Shown piece by piece: positions 18,795 to 24,831 of a stretch of 27,360 nt of DNA (positions are counted from its first letter, which is position 1; every line of letters starts with the position of its first letter). Below the pieces are notes generated by a model. That model saw nothing but the letters and a program-made list of their open reading frames with translations, had not been told where the DNA came from and did no database searches. The DNA lies in NCBI GenBank assembly GCA_036171815.1, contig JAVHRV010000128.1, positions 1 to 27,360 of the forward strand, given 5' to 3'. Source of the stretch: Patescibacteria group bacterium (GTDB lineage: Bacteria > Patescibacteriota > Patescibacteriia > Patescibacteriales > UBA12465). The position numbers and the translations under genes are program-made.

Positions 18795-18901
18795 CCTCCT
18801 ATTATAAAAAAGGTGGAATTAAAAAAATATAAAATAAAAATCGTCTAAAAATAAATTTCGATTGCCTAATCATCGCCTCATTAATTAGTAACTCCTTACA
18901 A

Positions 18902-18929
18902 AAACCGCCCTGATTCCGCAGGACGGTTT
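18902..18929 (-). terminator. Intrinsic terminator downstream of the histone-like gene
   Basis: Minus strand AAACCGTCCTG-cggaat-CAGGGCGGTTT then T: 11-bp stem with one U-G pair, which is a mismatch on + and so supports minus-strand use. Confidence 0.7.
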
Positions 18930-18986
18930 CTGTATAATTTTCAAATCAAACAAACTTATTAATTAATAATTAATAAATTTTAAAAA

Positions 18987-19118
18987 CTATTTTCTTTTTT
19001 TAGTCGCTTTTTTAGCTGCCTTCTTAACTACCTTTTTTACTACCTTTTTTACTACTCTCTTAGCAACTTTCTTTTTCGCAACTTTTTTCACCGCTTTTTT
19101 AGCCGCTTTCTTTTTCAT
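18987..19118 (-). CDS. 43-aa Lys/Ala/Val-rich histone-H1-like basic protein (not in the ORF track)
   Basis: Manual translation MKKKAAKKAVKKVAKKKVAKRVVKKVVKKVVKKAAKKATKKRK* (22 K + 2 R), with SD, promoter and terminator all present. Confidence 0.88.
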   Translation of the reverse strand: MKKKAAKKAVKKVAKKKVAKRVVKKVVKKVVKKAAKKATKKRK

Positions 19119-19122
19119 AATA

Positions 19123-19130
19123 TCACCTCC
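19123..19130 (-). promoter_or_regulatory. Shine-Dalgarno site GGAGGTGA of the histone-like gene
   Basis: Minus strand gagggGAGGTGAtattATG; the 3' end of GGAGG is 7 nt from the ATG. Confidence 0.85.
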
Positions 19131-19177
19131 CCTCTTAAATAAATAAAAATTAAAATTAAAATATCCTGACTAAGATA

Positions 19178-19206
19178 ATTATATAACTAATTAAAATAAG
19201 TAGCAA
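19178..19206 (-). promoter_or_regulatory. Sigma70-type promoter TTGCTA-N17-TATAAT for the histone-like gene
   Basis: -35 TTGCTA (19206-19201), exactly 17-nt spacer, -10 TATAAT (19183-19178). Confidence 0.7.
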
Positions 19207-19233
19207 TAGTTTTTTCAAAAAAAAATAAAAAAA

Positions 19234-19259
19234 TCCCCACTTGATTCCGAAAGCGAGGA
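19234..19259 (-). terminator. Intrinsic terminator downstream of glyQS
   Basis: Minus strand TCCTCGCTT-tcggaatc-AAGTGGGGA followed by a long T tract. Two G-U pairs that are mismatches on + indicate minus-strand function. Confidence 0.7.
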
Positions 19260-19321
19260 AATTTTATTTTTTAGGCTCTAGTTAAAACACTACCGATAAA
19301 AAATTTAAATGACTTAATAAT

Positions 19322-20707
19322 TTAAATCTTCGCCGTTAAAAATTTTGATAATTCTTCGATATTAATACGTTCTTGTTTCATGGTATCCCGATCGCGAATC
19401 GTCACTTCATTATTTTCTAAGGTGTCAAAATCAATAGTCACGCAATAAGGCGTACCTATTTCGTCTTGCCGCCGATAACGCTTACCAATATTTCCGTTAT
19501 CATCAAATTCACAACGCCAAGTTAATTTTAATTCGTTAAAAACCGCGCGCGCTTTAGCGACTAATTCCGGCTTATTCTTTAATAAGGGGAAAACGGCTAC
19601 TTTAATCGGTGCCAATTTTGGTTTTAATTTTAAAACTATTCTAATTTCTCCCTCTAAATCTTCTTCCTGGTACGCCTCGCTTAAAACCGCTAAAAAAGTC
19701 CGACCAACCCCGGCCGAAGTTTCGACCACGTGGGGAATAAATTTCTGATTCGTGACGGAGTCGAGATAATTTAATTCTTGTCCCGAATGTTTACTATGCT
19801 GAGTTAAATCGTAATTACCCCGAGCATGTATTCCTTCTAGTTCTTTAAACCCGAAAGGGAAATTATATTCAATATCATAGGCTTCTTTAGCATAAAAGAC
19901 TAAATTCTCATGCTTATGCCATTTTAAATTACCAGCCGCAATTCCTAAATCAAGATAAAACTGAAAACGAATCTGACGCCACTCTTCATAATACTTCAAG
20001 TCATCGCCTGGTTTTACAAAATATTGCATTTCCATCTGTTCGAATTCCCGAGTGCGAAAAATAAATTGCCGGGCAGTAATCTCATTACGAAAAGCTTTAC
20101 CAATCTGAGCGATACCAAAAGGAATCTTCACCCTGGCCGTGTCGACGACATTTTTAAAATTAACATAAATCCCCTGGCAGGTCTCACCGCGCAAATAAAC
20201 CGGTTCTTTGCTCCAATCCCCCGTAAAATTTCCTAGATTGGACTGGACTAGTAAATTAAATTTTCGACCCGGCGTAAAATCCGATGCGCCACAGCTTGGA
20301 CATTTTATTTTTTCTCTATTGGTATTAAAAATCTGATTAATTTCTTCTTCGCTCATTTTCTCATCGGCAAAAATCCCCGCTTCTTCTAGCAGCGCGTCAA
20401 GGCGTAAACGAGTATGACATTTCTTACATTCTGTTAACGGATCAGAAAACCCCGTCACGTGACCGGAGGCCTCCCAGATTTTCGGGCTCATAAAAATCGC
20501 CGAATCTAAACCTACGATATCATCGCGCAATTGGGTCATTGCTTTCCACCACTCCTTCTTAATATTATTAGCTAATTCGACGCCATAAGGACCAAAATCA
20601 TAAACGGCGGCGAATCCTTCATAAATTTCGGAAGACGGAAAAATAAAACCCCGCCTTTTTGTTAAAGATATTATTTTATCCATTTTATCTAGGACTTTTT
20701 TACTCAT
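19322..20707 (-). CDS. glyQS: Glycine--tRNA ligase, alpha2 (eukaryote/archaea-like) type
   Basis: KRRGFIFPSSEIY, YDFGPYG, WEASGH, LRGETCQG, FGIAQIGKAFRNEI, FRTREFEQME, ELEGIH, IGKRYRRQDEIGTP. Confidence 0.97.
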   Translation of the reverse strand: MSKKVLDKMDKIISLTKRRGFIFPSSEIYEGFAAVYDFGPYGVELANNIKKEWWKAMTQLRDDIVGLDSAIFMSPKIWEASGHVTGFSDPLTECKKCHTRLRLDALLEEAGIFADEKMSEEEINQIFNTNREKIKCPSCGASDFTPGRKFNLLVQSNLGNFTGDWSKEPVYLRGETCQGIYVNFKNVVDTARVKIPFGIAQIGKAFRNEITARQFIFRTREFEQMEMQYFVKPGDDLKYYEEWRQIRFQFYLDLGIAAGNLKWHKHENLVFYAKEAYDIEYNFPFGFKELEGIHARGNYDLTQHSKHSGQELNYLDSVTNQKFIPHVVETSAGVGRTFLAVLSEAYQEEDLEGEIRIVLKLKPKLAPIKVAVFPLLKNKPELVAKARAVFNELKLTWRCEFDDNGNIGKRYRRQDEIGTPYCVTIDFDTLENNEVTIRDRDTMKQERINIEELSKFLTAKI

Positions 20708-20720
20708 ATTTTTTCATCTT

Positions 20721-22418
20721 TTACATTTCCTCAGAAATTTTTAAACCTAAAATTTTATAACCATTAAGTAAAACCTGTCCGACTGATCTAATTAAAGACA
20801 GCCGGGTTACCTGCAAGACTGTCGCCGATTTTAAAATATGAACCCGATGATAATAATCATTAAAGAGCTGGGCTAACTCAAATAAATATTTGGCTAATTC
20901 GCTCGGATCATACTTCTGAGTCGCCTCTTTGATTAGTTCCGGATATTTAGCAATCTTCAATAATAATTCTTTTTCGAGAGGCTCAGATAATAACTCTAAA
21001 TTAGCCCGCCTAAAAAATCGGCGGAAACCAGCCTTCCTTATAATACTCTTAAGTCTAGCGTAGGTATACTGTAAATAACAAGCGGTGTAACCGTCAAAAC
21101 GCAAAGCTTCTTCAATATTAAAAGTGATTATTTTTGCCGCCCCGACTTTAAGCATCTCGAATTTAATAATTGAAACACTGAGATTATCTACTACTTTAAG
21201 CAAACGATACTCGCTCCAGCGAGGATGGCGTTTCTTAGTTTCGATTAACAATTTATCAACAATTTTATTCTTTAACTCATCATAAGTGATAATATTTCCG
21301 GTCCGTGATGACATCATACCGTCAGGCAAAGTGACAAAGTCATAAGATAAATGAGCGACCGCCGGCTGATAACCCGTCAATTCTAAAATTTTAAATAACT
21401 GCTTAAAATATAAACTCTGTCGCACATCAATGACATAAATCGACTCAGCTAAATGATATTTTTTAAATTTTTCCGACGCTAAGGCTAAATCGCCAACCGG
21501 GTAAAGGGCTGTACCGTCTGATCGAATAATCGGTAAAACCCCTAAATCATACTTCTCTAAGTTAGCAATAATCGCCCCCTCGCTCTTAACTAGGACCCCC
21601 GTCTGAAATAATTCTTCGGCTAATTTTAATCCTGCGGCAATCACTTCGCTTTCGTAAAAAATATGATCAAATTTAATACCCAGTTCTTGATAGATAGAGG
21701 CGAAATAATCGATACTCCACTGTCTAGAAATCTGCCAAAATTTATAATTGTCTCCTTGGCGGCTCTCGATCTCTTTCATTATCGCCGTTACTTCTTTTTT
21801 CCCTTCCGGATTATCGACTAAAAGCTGACTAGCTTTAGCATAACAATGGCCTAAAAGATATCCTTTAGCTTCAGGACGCTCATCAAAAACAGGGTTGTGC
21901 TGCCAATGCCAAATTGTTTTGGCGACATGAATGCCAAAATCGTTAACATAGGATACCGGAATAGTTAAATAACCACTAGCCTGAAGCAACTTAACCACGC
22001 TATCGCCGTAAGAAATATTACGTAAATGTCCGACATGATACTCTTTATGCGTATTACCATTAGAATACTCGACCATCACGCGCCGACGACAACCGCTTTG
22101 ATTAAAACCATAACTCTCTCGCTGCGCCCTAATTTCCGAAATAACGCCGACGGCTAAATAAACGGGAGAAATAAAAAAATTCAAATAAGGACCAACTGCC
22201 TTAATATCTAAAAAATAAAAATTAAGGTTCGAATTATTTTTTAAATCATGAGCTAACCGCGTCGCGAGCTCTGTCGGTTTAACGCCGCGACTCTTCGCTA
22301 GTTCAAAACAGGCTAAACTTAAATCGCCTAAAGCAATATTAGGTGGATAAGAAAAATTCGCTCGTTCGAAATTCAAAGCCGCGACTATTTTTAATTTTAA
22401 ATCATCTAAAAAACCCAT
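20721..22418 (-). CDS. argS: Arginine--tRNA ligase
   Basis: VGPYLNF, VEYSNGNTHKEYHVGHLRN, YVNDFG, MSSRTGN, FDGYTACYLQYTYARL, FNDYYH. ATG at 22418 preferred to the overlapping track start. Confidence 0.96.
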   Translation of the reverse strand: MGFLDDLKLKIVAALNFERANFSYPPNIALGDLSLACFELAKSRGVKPTELATRLAHDLKNNSNLNFYFLDIKAVGPYLNFFISPVYLAVGVISEIRAQRESYGFNQSGCRRRVMVEYSNGNTHKEYHVGHLRNISYGDSVVKLLQASGYLTIPVSYVNDFGIHVAKTIWHWQHNPVFDERPEAKGYLLGHCYAKASQLLVDNPEGKKEVTAIMKEIESRQGDNYKFWQISRQWSIDYFASIYQELGIKFDHIFYESEVIAAGLKLAEELFQTGVLVKSEGAIIANLEKYDLGVLPIIRSDGTALYPVGDLALASEKFKKYHLAESIYVIDVRQSLYFKQLFKILELTGYQPAVAHLSYDFVTLPDGMMSSRTGNIITYDELKNKIVDKLLIETKKRHPRWSEYRLLKVVDNLSVSIIKFEMLKVGAAKIITFNIEEALRFDGYTACYLQYTYARLKSIIRKAGFRRFFRRANLELLSEPLEKELLLKIAKYPELIKEATQKYDPSELAKYLFELAQLFNDYYHRVHILKSATVLQVTRLSLIRSVGQVLLNGYKILGLKISEEM

Positions 22419-22425
22419 AGTAAAT

Positions 22426-23700
22426 TTAGTTAAGTCGCACTCGAACAAAATTGAATTTTCCTTTTTGGATAATTATTGAATCAATGTCCGATCCAAATTC
22501 TAATTCTTGTTTTAGGTCTTTTATAACGACCATGGCCGAGGAATTAGTGGCTATTTTTTTTTCAATTTTAATCTTAATCGCTCCTTCGCTAATTTTTTGA
22601 CGACCCTCCGTTTTACTTTTAACTAATTTTGTCTCGACTAACAAGTCGACGAGAAATTGCCGGGGCTGAGCCGTCGAATAAATATCCATCATCTCCGGCA
22701 ATTCTTTGTTCTGGATAGTATTCACAAAATGTTCTTGAGCCGACTGAGCCACTTGGGCTCCTTTTTTCTCTCCCCCGCCAATAATTCTGGTTAACTCGTA
22801 CGCTAATTTCATCTTTAAATCACGTGGATTAAGCTCTTTATTTTTCAAGCCGATCGTCATCTTAGTAATCTCGGACATCGGTAGATTAGTACATAATTCA
22901 AAAGCGGTGCTAATCGCTCCATCCGGCCAAGACATTATCTGACCATAAATATTGTTCGGTTCTTCATTAAAAAACACCGCGTTACCCTCGCTCTTACCCA
23001 TTTTTTTCCCTTCATCATCAGCTAAAAGTTTCAAAGTCATGACAAATTTTTCTTTATTTTTTAAAGTTTTGAGCAAAGTGCGACCGCACATCATATTAAA
23101 CATTTGATCATTACCGCCGATTTCTAAATCGACATCTAGGACGACACTGTCATAAGCCTGAACCAGTGGGTAAAGAAACTCATGTAAATAAACGGGTTTT
23201 TCTTCCTGGATCCTTTTCTGAAACATATCCCGCTGAATCATCTGCTGAACGGTAAAATTAGTCGCCAGCTTAATCAAATCGACAAAATTCAATTGATCAT
23301 TCCAAACACTATTATATTTTAGCCTAACTGGGTTATCGCCGGTAAATTTTAAATAGGCGGCCGCTTGTTTTTGATAATCTCGGGCGTTATTTAAAACCTC
23401 ATCCCGAGTCATTTGGAGTCTAACCGCTTTCTTATCAGTCGGATCGCCGATCATACAAGTAAAATCACCTATTAAAAAAATAATCTCATGACCGAGCGCC
23501 TGAAATTGCGCTAGTTTATTAAGAGCAACGGCGTTACCAACCTGTAAAGACGGCGAAGTGGGGTCATAACCACAGTATAATTTAATTTTCTCACCGCTCA
23601 ACAGCTTTTTTTCTAAAGCGGCGCGGCTAGGATAAATCTTCTCAACCCCCCGACTTAAGACCTCTTCAATCAATTTTTTATCGGTAATTATCTGAGACAT
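22426..23700 (-). CDS. tyrS: Tyrosine--tRNA ligase
   Basis: YCGYDPTS, IGDPT, EFLYPLVQAYD, EIGGNDQMFN, KMGKSEGN, PRDLKMKLA, C-terminal S4-like domain. Confidence 0.96.
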   Translation of the reverse strand: MSQIITDKKLIEEVLSRGVEKIYPSRAALEKKLLSGEKIKLYCGYDPTSPSLQVGNAVALNKLAQFQALGHEIIFLIGDFTCMIGDPTDKKAVRLQMTRDEVLNNARDYQKQAAAYLKFTGDNPVRLKYNSVWNDQLNFVDLIKLATNFTVQQMIQRDMFQKRIQEEKPVYLHEFLYPLVQAYDSVVLDVDLEIGGNDQMFNMMCGRTLLKTLKNKEKFVMTLKLLADDEGKKMGKSEGNAVFFNEEPNNIYGQIMSWPDGAISTAFELCTNLPMSEITKMTIGLKNKELNPRDLKMKLAYELTRIIGGGEKKGAQVAQSAQEHFVNTIQNKELPEMMDIYSTAQPRQFLVDLLVETKLVKSKTEGRQKISEGAIKIKIEKKIATNSSAMVVIKDLKQELEFGSDIDSIIIQKGKFNFVRVRLN

Positions 23701-23739
23701 ACATTAATATATTAATATTTGGCACCAATTAGCAAATTA

Positions 23740-23748
23740 TGTTATAAT
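23740..23748 (+). promoter_or_regulatory. Extended -10 element (TGtTATAAT) upstream of the membrane protein-PilB operon
   Basis: Exact TGnTATAAT in the divergent spacer. Confidence 0.55.
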
Positions 23749-23832
23749 ATTATCAGACTTTTTTATATTTTTCAATTGATTCCGGACAATAAAAATAATA
23801 AACAAATAAGACAAAAATTAATTTATAAATCT

Positions 23833-24807
23833 ATGTTTTCTTATCGTGCCTTACTAAAACAATCTTTTTCGGCCACTTGGCAATATAAACATTTATGGTT
23901 ATTTGGTTTATTCGCCGCGATTGTCGCCGGCAGCGGATCTTGGGAGTATCAATTACTAACTCAAAACCTAAATCAGAGTCTTATTGATGGCTCCTATCTT
24001 TTCTTCAGTCAATTCGTTAGCGCCGTTGATTTATTAAAAAGTTTCGCTCTGGGTCTAGTAGAACTATTCACCTATGATTTTTGGACAATCCTGAATGCTC
24101 TGACCGTTCTACTCTTATCAATTATTTTAATCGTAACTTTCATCTGGTTAGCAATTATTTCTCAGGCGGCTTTAGTCGATGACGCTAAAAAAATATTAAA
24201 CAACAAAAAAAAGGAAATTAAACTAAGTATTCGCGAAAGTTTTACTAAAGTATCGCCCTATTTTCTGCCCGTTCTATTCCTCAACATCACCGCCAAACTA
24301 CTAACCACTTTTATCTTCGTCATTATCAGCCTGCCGCTCCTCCTGATGGTTATAAATGATACCTGGCTTTTAGCAACTATTTATACAATTCTTTTCGTAT
24401 TATTTATCCCTTTATCCTTAGCGATATCTTTAATTATAAAATACGCCATCGCCTACACCGTTTTAGAAGAAAAATCTCTAGTCGCTTCTTTAAACCACGC
24501 TTGGAAATTATTTCGAGATAACTGGCTAGTGAGCGTAGAAATGGCTATAATTTTATTTATCATAAATTTCTTAGCCAGCGGGGTGATTGTCATTATCTTA
24601 TCTATCTTCCTACTCCCCCTTCTCCTGTTAGGCTTAATGCTTCAAATAAGTTGGCTCGCCAATTTAATTATTTTCCTGGCTATTATTCTGATTGTTATTT
24701 TTGGTTCCATCCTGGTAACCTTTCAAATCATCTCTTGGACTAAACTTTTTTTAAGCTTGAAAGAAAATAATGTTCTCGCTAAGCTAGAAAGACTCTTCCA
24801 GCGCTAA
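23833..24807 (+). CDS. Polytopic membrane protein of unknown function (324 aa)
   Basis: ATG at 23833 (MFSYRALLKQSFSATWQYKHLWLFGLFAAI) preferred to the track start; multiple TM helices with two pseudo-repeats (SIRESF..V and SLVASL.HAW); 24 nt upstream of the PilB-like gene. Confidence 0.75.
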   Translation: MFSYRALLKQSFSATWQYKHLWLFGLFAAIVAGSGSWEYQLLTQNLNQSLIDGSYLFFSQFVSAVDLLKSFALGLVELFTYDFWTILNALTVLLLSIILIVTFIWLAIISQAALVDDAKKILNNKKKEIKLSIRESFTKVSPYFLPVLFLNITAKLLTTFIFVIISLPLLLMVINDTWLLATIYTILFVLFIPLSLAISLIIKYAIAYTVLEEKSLVASLNHAWKLFRDNWLVSVEMAIILFIINFLASGVIVIILSIFLLPLLLLGLMLQISWLANLIIFLAIILIVIFGSILVTFQIISWTKLFLSLKENNVLAKLERLFQR

Positions 24808-24831
24808 AGATTTATAAACCAGTAGAAAATT

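Noticed and set aside
19021-19060. 12-bp tandem repeat as a CRISPR or VNTR element
   Set aside because: It encodes the VVKK repeats of the histone-like peptide; there are no spacers or cas genes.
23701-23832. T-box or other riboswitch upstream of the tyrS-argS-glyQS cluster
   Set aside because: The spacer is short, very AT-rich, shared with a divergent gene, and lacks a T-box bulge or GC stems.
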